NCBI GenBank assembly: GCA_900768535.1
Contig: CAAGDE010000076.1
Coordinates: 23,317-87,316 of the forward strand
DNA length: 64,000 bases
From: Clostridia bacterium
GTDB lineage: Bacteria; Bacillota; Clostridia; Oscillospirales; CAG-272
Direction: 5' to 3'
Positions 18,310 through 27,416 of the stretch are shown piece after piece. Under the pieces are notes generated by a model that saw only the letters and a program-made list of their open reading frames with translations, did not search any database and was not told the origin of the DNA. Position 1 is the first letter of the stretch. Every line of letters starts with the position of its first letter. The translations under genes were made by a program, and so were the position numbers.

Positions 18310-19731
18310 ATGCGGAAATTTGATACAAAGGTTCAGCATCTGAAATACAAGGTGCTCAGAGAAGTGGCGCGGGAGGCATGGGCAGGACGCCTGGCACAGA
18401 CCGCAATCGATATTCCGAAGACCATTGTGCCGGGGAAAATTCCGACCATGCGGTGCTGTGTCTATAAGGAGCGCGCCATTCTTGCCGAGCGTGTGAAAAT
18501 CGCAATGGGCGGAGACCGAAGCAATCCGAACGTCATTGAGGTCATCGATATTGCCTGCGACGAATGCCCGATGGGCGGCTACGAGGTGACCAATGCCTGC
18601 CGCGGATGTCTGGCACACCGGTGCGAGGATGCCTGCCGGTTCGGCGCGATTACGTTCGATCAGAACCACGTGGCACACATCGACAAGACCAAATGCAAAG
18701 AGTGCGGTGCCTGTGCAAAGGTCTGCCCCTACAGCGCCATCCATAACTACAAGCGCCCCTGTGAAACGGCGTGTAAGGTCAAAGCGATCTCCATGGGCGA
18801 CGAAAAGCAGGCTTGCATCAACAACGACAAGTGCATTTCCTGCGGTGCGTGCGTCTATCAGTGTCCGTTCGGCGCGATTACCGACAAATCGTTCATCCTG
18901 AAGGTGATCGATATCCTGAAAGGCAGTGAAGAAGGCAAAAATTACAAGGTCTATGCCATCGTTGCCCCGTCCATCTCCAGCCAGTTTACCTATGCAAAGC
19001 TGGGGCAGGTGATCAGCGGTCTGCGGGCGCTCGGATTCCATACCGTCATCGAAGCGGCGTTGGGAGCCGATATGGTGGCGCAGGCGGAATCGCGCGAGCT
19101 GGCGGAAAAGGGCTTCCTGACCAGCTCCTGCTGCCCGGCGTTTGTGGACTACATCGAAAAGAATTTTCCGGATCTCGTTCCGTTTGTGTCGCATAATCTT
19201 TCTCCGATGGCAACCATTGCAAAATACCTCAAGGAGCATGAGCCGGGGTGTAAAACAGTGTTTGTAGGACCGTGTACCGCCAAAAAGATGGAGGTGCAGA
19301 AGGAGACCGTCAGCCCGTACATCGACACAGCCATGACCTTTGAGGAGCTGCAGGCGCTGTTTGACAGCCGGGATATCGACATCACCGCTCTGGAGGAAGG
19401 GGTGCTGGACAATGCCTCCTACTTCGGAAGAATTTTTGCCCGCTGCGGCGGACTGTCGGACGCGGTTGCGGAGGGGCTGAAGGAACAGGGACTGGATTTC
19501 CTGCTCAAGCCCTGCTCGTGCGACGGCATCGAGCAATGCAAGATCGCGCTTTTGCAGAAGAGCAAGGGCAGGCTGGACGCCAACTTCATCGAGGGTATGG
19601 CGTGTGTCGGCGGCTGTATCGGCGGAGCCGGCTGTCTGACGCACGGCGAAAAGAACAAAGCCGAGGTCGACAAATACGGCAGACAGGCATTGGAAAAGAC
19701 CATTGCCGATGCGGTCTCCGTGCTGAAATAA
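18310..19731 (+). CDS. hydA: [FeFe] hydrogenase, group B type (HfsD-like), with N-terminal multi-FeS region
   Basis: 473 aa with canonical H-cluster motifs LTSSCCPAFVDY, VGPCTAKKME and EGMACVGGCIGGAG. Upstream CKECGACAKVCP and CISCGACVYQCP ferredoxin motifs plus additional Cys clusters. Confidence 0.9.
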   Translation: MRKFDTKVQHLKYKVLREVAREAWAGRLAQTAIDIPKTIVPGKIPTMRCCVYKERAILAERVKIAMGGDRSNPNVIEVIDIACDECPMGGYEVTNACRGCLAHRCEDACRFGAITFDQNHVAHIDKTKCKECGACAKVCPYSAIHNYKRPCETACKVKAISMGDEKQACINNDKCISCGACVYQCPFGAITDKSFILKVIDILKGSEEGKNYKVYAIVAPSISSQFTYAKLGQVISGLRALGFHTVIEAALGADMVAQAESRELAEKGFLTSSCCPAFVDYIEKNFPDLVPFVSHNLSPMATIAKYLKEHEPGCKTVFVGPCTAKKMEVQKETVSPYIDTAMTFEELQALFDSRDIDITALEEGVLDNASYFGRIFARCGGLSDAVAEGLKEQGLDFLLKPCSCDGIEQCKIALLQKSKGRLDANFIEGMACVGGCIGGAGCLTHGEKNKAEVDKYGRQALEKTIADAVSVLK

Positions 19732-19734
19732 AAG

Positions 19735-19775
19735 AACTCCCTTCCGGAATGACACGGTTCCGGAAGGGAGTTTTT
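19735..19775. terminator. bidirectional intrinsic terminator between hydA (+) and ruvB (-)
   Basis: 15-bp stem AACTCCCTTCCGGAA / TTCCGGAAGGGAGTT. TTTTT follows on the plus strand and CTTTTATTT on the minus strand. Confidence 0.85.
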
Positions 19776-19807
19776 CACGGTTGAGAAAGGTCAGTGAAGG
19801 TTGGACG

Positions 19808-20881
19808 TCATTTTTTTTCGTTCTCGGCGTCAAACATTTGCAGCTGTTCTGCGGGGGTCTGCGGCGGGCGGTAGGGGATCCCGAGATGCTCGTAGGCAAG
19901 CCGGGTGACACATCTGCCGCGCGGCGTCCGGCTGAGGTACCCGATCTGCATCAGGTACGGCTCGTAAACATCCTCCAGCGTCACGGCTTCCTCACCGACC
20001 GTTGCCGCCAGCGTCTCCAGTCCGACCGGACCGCCGTCATAGAAATCGATGATGGTTTTCAGCATCCGCCTGTCGGTGTTGTCCAGCCCCAGCTCGTCAA
20101 TCTCCAGCGTGGTCAGGGAATAGTTTGCGATTGCCGCATCGATCTCGCCGTTTCCCTTGACCTGTGCGAAATCCCGCACCCGCTTGAGCAGACGGTTCGC
20201 GATTCGCGGCGTTCCGCGGGAGCGCCCGGCAATCTCCCGCGCGCCGTCCGGGGAGATCGGCATTCCGAGAATCCCCGCACTGCGGGTGACAATCAGCGCC
20301 AGCTCCTCCGGCGTGTACAGCTCCAGCTTCATCAGCACGCCGAACCGGTCACGCAGCGGTGTGGTCATCTGCCCGGCACGCGTGGTGGCACCGATCAGGG
20401 TAAAGCGGGGCAGATCAATCCGCAGACTGCGCGCGGAGGGACCCTTTCCGATGATGATATCCAGCGCGTAGTCCTCCATGGCGGGGTAGAGAATCTCCTC
20501 CACCTGCCTTGGGAGGCGGTGAATCTCATCGATGAACAGCACATCCCCCTCGGAGAGGTTGGTCAGAAGCGCCGCCAGATCGCCCTGCTTTTCAATGGCG
20601 GGGCCGGACGTGATGCGGATATTGACACCCATTTCGGTTGCAATGATGTTCGCAAGCGTGGTTTTTCCCAAGCCGGGAGGACCGTACAGCAGGACGTGAT
20701 CCAGCGAATCCCCGCGTTTTTTAGCGGCGGCAATGTAAACCTTCAGAATCTCCTTGGCTTTGACCTGACCGATGTAGTCATCCAGCAGCTTCGGGCGCAG
20801 GGAAAGCTCGGTTTCCGCGTCATCCGAGGTGTACCCGGTTTCCATGATCCGGTTTTCGAAATCAAACTCGTTCGTATCCAT
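19808..20881 (-). CDS. ruvB: Holliday junction branch migration helicase RuvB
   Basis: 357 aa with [12 protein letters not shown] and FIDEIHRL. Confidence 0.97.
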   Translation of the reverse strand: MDTNEFDFENRIMETGYTSDDAETELSLRPKLLDDYIGQVKAKEILKVYIAAAKKRGDSLDHVLLYGPPGLGKTTLANIIATEMGVNIRITSGPAIEKQGDLAALLTNLSEGDVLFIDEIHRLPRQVEEILYPAMEDYALDIIIGKGPSARSLRIDLPRFTLIGATTRAGQMTTPLRDRFGVLMKLELYTPEELALIVTRSAGILGMPISPDGAREIAGRSRGTPRIANRLLKRVRDFAQVKGNGEIDAAIANYSLTTLEIDELGLDNTDRRMLKTIIDFYDGGPVGLETLAATVGEEAVTLEDVYEPYLMQIGYLSRTPRGRCVTRLAYEHLGIPYRPPQTPAEQLQMFDAENEKK

Positions 20882-20902
20882 CAGCCGTCAGTCCTTTCCC
20901 GG

Positions 20903-21535
20903 TCAGTATTTCATCAGATTTTTCAGCGCCGCGCGGATGATCTCTTCCAGCTCCAGCTTCTCGGTATCCAAAGGCTTCAGCGCCGCCAGCGCCTCCGGGC
21001 GGGAATAGCCGAGCACCGTGAGCGCATCGATTGCCTCGCCCAGCTTGCCCTTGCCATTCCCTCCCTGTGCGGACGCCTGTGCCGCACCTGCCGGTGCATC
21101 CGGAATTGCGCCGCCGTTTTCCCGGAGCATCTTGTCCTTCAGCTCCAGTATAATCCTTGCCGCCGTTTTGGGACCGATCCCGTTTGCGCGCGAGATGGTC
21201 TTGCGGTCATCGGTGCAGACGGCAAGCGCGAATTTTTCGGGCGTAAGCAGGGACAGCACCGCCATTGCCGCCTTGGGTCCCACGCCGGAGACCGACAGCA
21301 GCATCCGGAAGGAGGACAGCTCCGCCTGCGATGCGAATCCGAACAGCTCCAGGTCATCCTCTCTGACCGCAAGATGCGTAAAGAGTGTGACCTGCGGCGG
21401 ATCGGTGACCGAGCGCGGAGGCATAGCCTCGTAGGTGGTTCCGCTGACGGTCAGCTTATATCCGACGCCGCCGACATCCACCACCGCAAAGGTCGGCTCC
21501 AGGTGTACCAGGTTTCCTTTGATATAATAAAACAT
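20903..21535 (-). CDS. ruvA: Holliday junction DNA-binding protein RuvA
   Basis: 210 aa. MFYYIKGNLV.. N-terminal OB fold and GVGPKAA/GIGPKTA HhH motifs. Confidence 0.93.
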   Translation of the reverse strand: MFYYIKGNLVHLEPTFAVVDVGGVGYKLTVSGTTYEAMPPRSVTDPPQVTLFTHLAVREDDLELFGFASQAELSSFRMLLSVSGVGPKAAMAVLSLLTPEKFALAVCTDDRKTISRANGIGPKTAARIILELKDKMLRENGGAIPDAPAGAAQASAQGGNGKGKLGEAIDALTVLGYSRPEALAALKPLDTEKLELEEIIRAALKNLMKY

Positions 21536-21547
21536 GATATTCTCTCC

Positions 21548-24500
21548 TTATTGTCCGGATTTCCGGTTCCTGCCGAACAGGGCGGATATTGCGCAGACTG
21601 TCAGACATCCCGCGCCGACTGCCGCGTCCGCCGCCGAAAGGAGCAGTCCTTTTTGCCGGGGCTGTGTTTCCTCCGGTGCGGCATTTGACGGTTCCGCCGC
21701 CGCAATTTCCGTTGTCACTGCAGTGCTTTCCGTCACCGCAGGGTTTTCGGTTTCCGTGTCGGTACCTTCGGCAGCTTCGTTCTTTTTCTTTCTTCCGACC
21801 GTGGTGACCAGCCCGCGCAGACCCGGCGTTTTCCGCAGAATGGGGGAGAGCGCAACCAGCGCAAGGAAGATCAGCGTGGAGATTCCGGAGACCCAAAGTC
21901 CCAGCACCAGCGTGCGGGGGCGGTACTCCAGCCGGATATCATGCTCCCCGGCGTCACCCTCCACACGGAAAGCAACCAGCGAGCCCAGCGCTTTGACCGG
22001 CTCTGCCGCCTTTCCGTCAACGGTGATCCGCCAGCCCTGATCGTAGGCGAGCGTGGTCAGAATCAGTTCATTGCTCCGGGACGTGGTCAGCTTGCCGCGG
22101 AAGGAATGCTCGGTGTAGTCATCGATCCGGAACTGATCCTGTCCGAGCCGCGCGAACGCATCCGTAAAGGCATCGCGGTCGATCATGGCAATGGCAGGCT
22201 CGCCCTTGACGTAATAGAGCGATTTTCCGGTGGTGTTTGCGCGCAGGGTCAGCACATCACCCGCATGATGAACGCCGAGCGATACGATGCGCAGGTTTTC
22301 CCCGGTGCCCCACTTTCCGCAGTTGGCGGATTTGTTCTGCGTTTCGTTCCAAAGGGTGAGCGTCAGCTCCCGCGGATATTTGGTGGGGAGATAGAAATAC
22401 ACCTCGCCGTCCTCCGGAACCGTAAATTTGTAGGTGAGAACCCCCGATGCGCTGACACTGCTGTAGCAGGTGTGCTTTTCCGCCGGGTAGGAGGTTCCCA
22501 GCCCGGAGGTGGATTCGGTGACGGTCAGCGGCTTGAAGATTTCCGCCTGCTCCTCTCCCAGCATTGCCGCAAGCATGGCGTTCAGCCGGGTAAAGGGGGA
22601 GTAGTAGGGGTCGGTATATTCGGCGCTCCGGACGGTTTCGTCAATGCCGAGCTTGCCGTTGATGAACGCCTTGAGCCTGTCAATGGCGCTGCCGATGATG
22701 CTCGCGTCCTCCGGTTTTTTCTTGTCGGTGTCCTTGTTGTCCTTTTTGGTTTCTTCCTTCTTTTCCACCGGCTTGTAGCCCAGGGCGAAGTCCAAAAGAT
22801 CATCGCTGACGCCGTAGGCAAGCGAGAGCGCATAGCGGTTGTAGTACGCCGTGTAGCGGTTGTCCGGGTCGCTGACAAAGGCTTCGTACCAGCTCTCATG
22901 CGTGGGGGAGCCGGTGTCGGAGATGATATATTTCAGACCGAGCAGGGAATCGTTGACCGGCGTTCCGCCAAGGTACTTTGACCAGTGCGATGCCGAGCTG
23001 TAGCCCATCTTGTCCAGAAATTTGATGGTTTCCTGATTCAGCGTGGAGGTCGAGCCGGATAGCCCGCGGATGTTCAGCGCCATGTTGTCATTGAGCTTGC
23101 GGAACATCGTTTTCTCCATGCGGTAGAAGGTCTTGTCCTGCCCCTGAACCATCTCCACAATCGGTCTTGTTTTGTTCAGGTAGTTGTTGTAGTAGCTGTA
23201 TTTGGAATACACCACGTCGTCGTCCAGCGCATTCATGCACCAAAGCCCGTTGAGAAAGCATTCAATGGCAACCACCGCGACCATGACCACCGAGATGACC
23301 TGCCGGTCCTTCCGCGCGCGCCACAGCCCCAGCACCGCAAGCCAGACGGCAATGACGATCAGCGAAAACCAGATGCAGGTGTAATCGTTCGGCTTCATAT
23401 ATTCGTTGTCGGGGTCGGCGTAGTTCTGCAGGATGACGCAGATCAGGGCAAGCAGACCGCCGGTTCCGGCAACCGCCTTGAGGGAAACGCTGTCGAACTC
23501 GTTCATCGCGCGGCAGGCAAGCACCGTGAGGATGAAGCAAAGCATGAAGCTGTAGCGGTAGTTGAGCCAGTTCGGACGCTGGAAGCCGTGCCAGAGCAGA
23601 TCGGGAACCGAAAGGGAAAAGCTGGCGACAAAGAGAAACACAAACAGCGCCGCGGCGATCTTCTGCCGCATGGGATACCTACGCGAGAGAAAATACGAGG
23701 GGATGAGCAAAAGGGTCAGCACGCCGCAGTAAACGAAGGGATAACCCGCCGGACGAACCGTATCATAGGAGGACGGCAGGAATTTGAAGAGCAGATCGAT
23801 GATGTCGAAATTGAAGCTCCAGACCCATTTGGTATTGGAGAAGGTGCTCTTTCCGAAGCTGAGCGAATAGTACGCGCCAAGCAGAATCACCGCCGCCATA
23901 CCGACGGCAAGCAGGGAATAGAACGCCACCCGAAGCCCGGAACACAGAAAATGCAGACGCTCGCCGTCCGGGTTGTTCTCCCGCTCCTCGGAATGCCCGA
24001 AGTAGCACAGGAAAAAATAGAAAAAGCAGTAAATGCACACCATGTAGCCGATATAGAAGTTGCTGAACAGCGTGACGGCAAGCGAGACGGTGTAGAGTCT
24101 GAATTTGCCCTTTTTGATCAGCGATTCCATCCCAAGGGTAATCATCGGCAGCCACATCATGGCGTCGATCCACATGGTGTTGTGCTGCTGGACAATACCG
24201 TATGCCGAGAGCGCGTAGCAGGTGGCAAACACGATGATGGCGGTTTTGTTCGGCTTTTTCGAGGTTCTGTGCATATAGAGCCCGAACGAGCCGCCGCAGA
24301 GCGCGGTCTTGAGCAGGAACAGGAACAGCAGACCCTCCAGCATCCGATCCTTTGGAAACAGGGCAAGCAGATAGGAAAGGGGACTGGAAATATAATATGC
24401 ATAAATACCGAGAAATTCCCCGCCCATCGCCCGGGAGAAGGAATACAGCAGGCTGGCGTCCCCCCTGACAAAATTCCGGAGCGCCTCAAAGAACCATACA

Positions 24501-24688
24501 TACTGTCCGTTGAGATCCAGTACCAGAACGCTTCCGTCTCCGATCGGGTAAATCTCCCGTGCGAAGTAGATCAGGTACATGACAACCGCCGGGACAATCA
24601 TGCAAAGCAGAAGATAGCCGTATTTCCGGAGCCATCTGCCTGCTTTCTTATTCTCCGTGAGCAGAGGTGCGGTTTCCGTTTGATTCAT
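21548..24688 (-). CDS. yfhO: YfhO-family polytopic membrane protein (putative glycosyltransferase) with low-complexity C-terminal extension
   Basis: ATG at 24688 follows AGGAAGGAAC (the track ORF extends to 24784). Many TM segments. The N-terminal region IYPIGDGSVLVLDLNGQYVWFFEALRNF..LLYSFSRAMGGEF is typical of YfhO. Confidence 0.85.
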   Translation of the reverse strand: MNQTETAPLLTENKKAGRWLRKYGYLLLCMIVPAVVMYLIYFAREIYPIGDGSVLVLDLNGQYVWFFEALRNFVRGDASLLYSFSRAMGGEFLGIYAYYISSPLSYLLALFPKDRMLEGLLFLFLLKTALCGGSFGLYMHRTSKKPNKTAIIVFATCYALSAYGIVQQHNTMWIDAMMWLPMITLGMESLIKKGKFRLYTVSLAVTLFSNFYIGYMVCIYCFFYFFLCYFGHSEERENNPDGERLHFLCSGLRVAFYSLLAVGMAAVILLGAYYSLSFGKSTFSNTKWVWSFNFDIIDLLFKFLPSSYDTVRPAGYPFVYCGVLTLLLIPSYFLSRRYPMRQKIAAALFVFLFVASFSLSVPDLLWHGFQRPNWLNYRYSFMLCFILTVLACRAMNEFDSVSLKAVAGTGGLLALICVILQNYADPDNEYMKPNDYTCIWFSLIVIAVWLAVLGLWRARKDRQVISVVMVAVVAIECFLNGLWCMNALDDDVVYSKYSYYNNYLNKTRPIVEMVQGQDKTFYRMEKTMFRKLNDNMALNIRGLSGSTSTLNQETIKFLDKMGYSSASHWSKYLGGTPVNDSLLGLKYIISDTGSPTHESWYEAFVSDPDNRYTAYYNRYALSLAYGVSDDLLDFALGYKPVEKKEETKKDNKDTDKKKPEDASIIGSAIDRLKAFINGKLGIDETVRSAEYTDPYYSPFTRLNAMLAAMLGEEQAEIFKPLTVTESTSGLGTSYPAEKHTCYSSVSASGVLTYKFTVPEDGEVYFYLPTKYPRELTLTLWNETQNKSANCGKWGTGENLRIVSLGVHHAGDVLTLRANTTGKSLYYVKGEPAIAMIDRDAFTDAFARLGQDQFRIDDYTEHSFRGKLTTSRSNELILTTLAYDQGWRITVDGKAAEPVKALGSLVAFRVEGDAGEHDIRLEYRPRTLVLGLWVSGISTLIFLALVALSPILRKTPGLRGLVTTVGRKKKNEAAEGTDTETENPAVTESTAVTTEIAAAEPSNAAPEETQPRQKGLLLSAADAAVGAGCLTVCAISALFGRNRKSGQ

Positions 24689-24897
24689 GTGTTTGTTCCT
24701 TCCTTTCCGCCGGGCATCCGTTGCCGGATTGCTTTTTCGAATTTCAGCCGGTCCATGACCGTGTCGTGTCCGCAGGTCTCGCATCGCATCCGGATCTCGG
24801 CGCCCACACGCAAAAGAACCACCGTGTCTCCGCCGCAGGGATGCTTTTTTCGCAGTCTCAGCCGGTCACCGGCACGCAAAATCGGAATCTCCGTCAT
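24685..24897 (-). CDS. DUF951-like small zinc-ribbon protein
   Basis: ATG at 24897 follows GGAAAGGGAGACA. 70 aa, MTEIPILRAGDRLRLRKKHPCGGD..RMRCETCGHD. The stop overlaps the yfhO start (ATGA). Confidence 0.7.
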   Translation of the reverse strand: MTEIPILRAGDRLRLRKKHPCGGDTVVLLRVGAEIRMRCETCGHDTVMDRLKFEKAIRQRMPGGKEGTNT

Positions 24898-24970
24898 GTC
24901 TGTCTCCCTTTCCAGAAAGCCCGAAGCACGGGGCTGCGGCTTTTTTATCTGAATTTCCATCATATCAATT

Positions 24971-24999
24971 ATTATATCATAAAAGCCCCCGCCTGTAAA
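24971..24999 (-). promoter_or_regulatory. promoter of the DUF951-yfhO-ruvAB transcription unit
   Basis: The minus strand reads TTTACA-N17-TGA-TATAAT. Confidence 0.6.
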
Positions 25000-25048
25000 C
25001 CGGAAAATCGCACTTTCTGTTAAAATTTACAATTGACGATAGATTTTG

Positions 25049-25078
25049 TTTGACATTCGCGCCGGTTTGTGATATACT
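25049..25078 (+). promoter_or_regulatory. promoter of ruvC and downstream genes
   Basis: TTGACA (25049-25054), 18-nt spacer, TGA-TATACT (25070-25078). Confidence 0.6.
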
Positions 25079-25112
25079 ATATGATGGATTCTTATTGAAA
25101 CGGGAGAGTAAA

Positions 25113-25619
25113 ATGATCATTCTCGGAATTGACCCCGGTCTTGCCATTATCGGTTGGGGGGTTGTGGAATATAAAGAGTCAGCTTTCCGCACGGTTGCCT
25201 ACGGTGCCCTGCGCACCCCGGCGGGCATTCCGACCGAGGATCGGCTGAAGCTTATCTATGACGGAATGGAAGAATTGCTCCGGACCTACCGCCCCGATGC
25301 CATGTCGGTGGAGGAGCTGTTCTTCAACACCAACGTGACCACCGGCATCCGGGTCGCGGAGGCAAGAGGCGTCATCCTGCTTGCGGCGCGGCAGGCGAAC
25401 GTCCCCATGCAGGAATACACCCCGCCGCAGGTCAAACAGGCGGTGGTCGGATACGGAAAAGCCGAAAAAGCGCAGGTCATGGCAATGGTGACGCGGATCC
25501 TGGGGCTCAGAGAAGTCCCGAAGCCGGATGATACCGCCGATGCGCTGGCGCTGGCGATCTGTCACGCCCACAGCGGCGCGTCACGCATTGCGTCCTATTA
25601 CAACAGGAATACCATCTGA
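25113..25619 (+). CDS. ruvC: crossover junction endodeoxyribonuclease RuvC
   Basis: ATG at 25113 follows GGGAGAG. MIILGIDPGLAIIGWGV and DTADALALAICH. Confidence 0.93.
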   Translation: MIILGIDPGLAIIGWGVVEYKESAFRTVAYGALRTPAGIPTEDRLKLIYDGMEELLRTYRPDAMSVEELFFNTNVTTGIRVAEARGVILLAARQANVPMQEYTPPQVKQAVVGYGKAEKAQVMAMVTRILGLREVPKPDDTADALALAICHAHSGASRIASYYNRNTI

Positions 25620-25624
25620 AAGGA

Positions 25625-26494
25625 TTGTTTATGTGGAGCGCGGATAACTGGAAGGACTATGAATTACTGGACACATCGGACGGCGAGCGGCTGGAGCGCT
25701 GGGGAAAACGGATCCTCATCCGCCCCGACCCGCAGATCATCTGGCACGGCACGGCGGCGCATCCGGCATGGAAGCACGCGGACGGCATCTACCGGCGTTC
25801 TCCGTCGGGCGGCGGCGCGTGGGTGAAGAACGATCTGCCGAAGAGCTGGAACATCGGCTACGGGGACCTCTGCTTTGTCCTGCGCCCCATGGGCTTCAAG
25901 CATACGGGGCTGTTCCCGGAGCAGGCGGCGAACTGGGACTGGTTCGGCGGTCTGATCCGCCGGGCGGGACGTCCGGTGAAGGTGCTGAATCTGTTCGCTT
26001 ATACCGGCGGCGCCACGCTTGCGGCGGCTGCGGCGGGGGCATCGGTCGTCCACGTGGACGCGGCAAAGGGAATCGTCGCGCAGGCAAAGGAGAATGCCCA
26101 GCTGTCCGGACTTGCCGAGGCGCCCATCCGCTGGATTGTGGATGACTGCAAAAAATTTGTCGAGCGGGAATTGCGGCGCGGAAACCGGTATGACGGAATC
26201 ATTATGGATCCGCCCTCCTACGGCAGAGGTCCCGGCGGGGAGGTCTGGAAGCTGGAGGACTGCATCGATGCGTTTGTCCGCCTGGCGGCACAGCTGCTCT
26301 CCCCGGACGCGCTGTTCTTCCTGGTCAATTCCTACACCACCGGACTGTCCCCGATGACCATGCAGTATCTCTTGGAGCTGTATATCCGAAGGAGCCGCGG
26401 CGGCGCTCTGGAATGCGGGGAGCTGGGGCTCCCGGTGACGCAGACCGGCGCTTATCTGCCCTGCGGCGCAAGCTCGCGGTGGTTCCGCGAATGA
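25625..26494 (+). CDS. class I SAM-dependent methyltransferase (RlmI/YccW-like rRNA methyltransferase core)
   Basis: 289 aa with VLNLFAYTGGATLAAA (SAM motif I) and IIMDPPSYGRG (motif IV). The start may be TTG 25625 or ATG 25631. Confidence 0.75.
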   Translation: MFMWSADNWKDYELLDTSDGERLERWGKRILIRPDPQIIWHGTAAHPAWKHADGIYRRSPSGGGAWVKNDLPKSWNIGYGDLCFVLRPMGFKHTGLFPEQAANWDWFGGLIRRAGRPVKVLNLFAYTGGATLAAAAAGASVVHVDAAKGIVAQAKENAQLSGLAEAPIRWIVDDCKKFVERELRRGNRYDGIIMDPPSYGRGPGGEVWKLEDCIDAFVRLAAQLLSPDALFFLVNSYTTGLSPMTMQYLLELYIRRSRGGALECGELGLPVTQTGAYLPCGASSRWFRE

Positions 26495-26519
26495 TTTTTG
26501 CGAAAGAAAGGATACAACC

Positions 26520-27395
26520 GTGTCAGAATCCGAACTGTTTATACACACCGAGCAGCTGTCCTTCACCTATCAGAGCGAGGAGCCCGATCCGGCGCCTGCC
26601 CTGCGCGATGTCAGCGTGGACATCCGGCGGGGGGAGTATGTTGCGGTGCTGGGGCATAACGGAAGCGGAAAATCCACCTTTGCAAAGCTTCTGAACCTGA
26701 TGCTGGAGCCCTCCGGCGGAAAGCTCGTCATCGGCGGGGTTGACCTGTCGCATTCGGCGGACCTGACCGAGGCGGAGCTGTTTGCACACCGGCGGCGGGT
26801 CGGAATGGTCTTTCAGAACCCGGACAACCAGCTGGTGGCAACGATTGTGGAGGAGGATGTTGCCTTCGGTCCCGAAAATCTCGGCGTTCCGAACCCGGAG
26901 CTGCGGGAACGGGTGGATCATGCCCTGGAGACGGTCGGCATGACCGAATACGCGCGTCACGAGCCGCACCGGCTCTCCGGCGGGCAGAAGCAGCGCGTTG
27001 CGATCGCCGGCGTGATTGCCATGATGCCGGAGTGCGTGATTTTTGACGAGTCCACGGCAATGCTGGATCCCTCCGGCAGGCGCGAGGTGCTGGAAATGAT
27101 CCGCAAGCTGAACCGTGACTGCGGCATGACCGTCCTCAACATCACGCACTATATGGAGGAGGCGGCGCTGGCGGACCGGATCATCGTCATCAATGACGGG
27201 AGCGTCTTTCTGGACGGAACGCCGGACGAGGTGTTTGCGCGGCGGGACGAGCTGGTCCGCGTGGGACTGGAGGTGCCGCAGTGTACGGAGCTGTTGCACC
27301 GTCTCCGTGCCGCGGGCGTCCCGGTGGATGTCTCCCATATTGCGGGCATGGAAGGGTGTGCGGATGCCCTTGCGGAAGTACTTTCCGGACGCTGA
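26520..27395 (+). CDS. ecfA1: ECF transporter ATPase component EcfA1
   Basis: 291 aa with GHNGSGKST, LSGGQKQRVAIAG and IFDEST. GTG start. Confidence 0.9.
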   Translation: MSESELFIHTEQLSFTYQSEEPDPAPALRDVSVDIRRGEYVAVLGHNGSGKSTFAKLLNLMLEPSGGKLVIGGVDLSHSADLTEAELFAHRRRVGMVFQNPDNQLVATIVEEDVAFGPENLGVPNPELRERVDHALETVGMTEYARHEPHRLSGGQKQRVAIAGVIAMMPECVIFDESTAMLDPSGRREVLEMIRKLNRDCGMTVLNITHYMEEAALADRIIVINDGSVFLDGTPDEVFARRDELVRVGLEVPQCTELLHRLRAAGVPVDVSHIAGMEGCADALAEVLSGR

Positions 27396-27416
27396 CGGTC
27401 CGGGGAAGGATGTTCA

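Noticed and set aside
19781-21688. 635-aa plus-strand ORF antisense to ruvB and ruvA. Similar very long antisense ORFs occur at 9341..10930(-), 1694..3040(-), 34241..36952(-), 37523..39322(-), 55246..57201(-), 13656..14945(-) and 48840..49553(-).
   Set aside because: They are typical high-GC artefacts. The translations are Arg/Gly/Pro/His-rich without motifs, and each lies opposite a gene with unambiguous family signatures and proper RBS or coupling.
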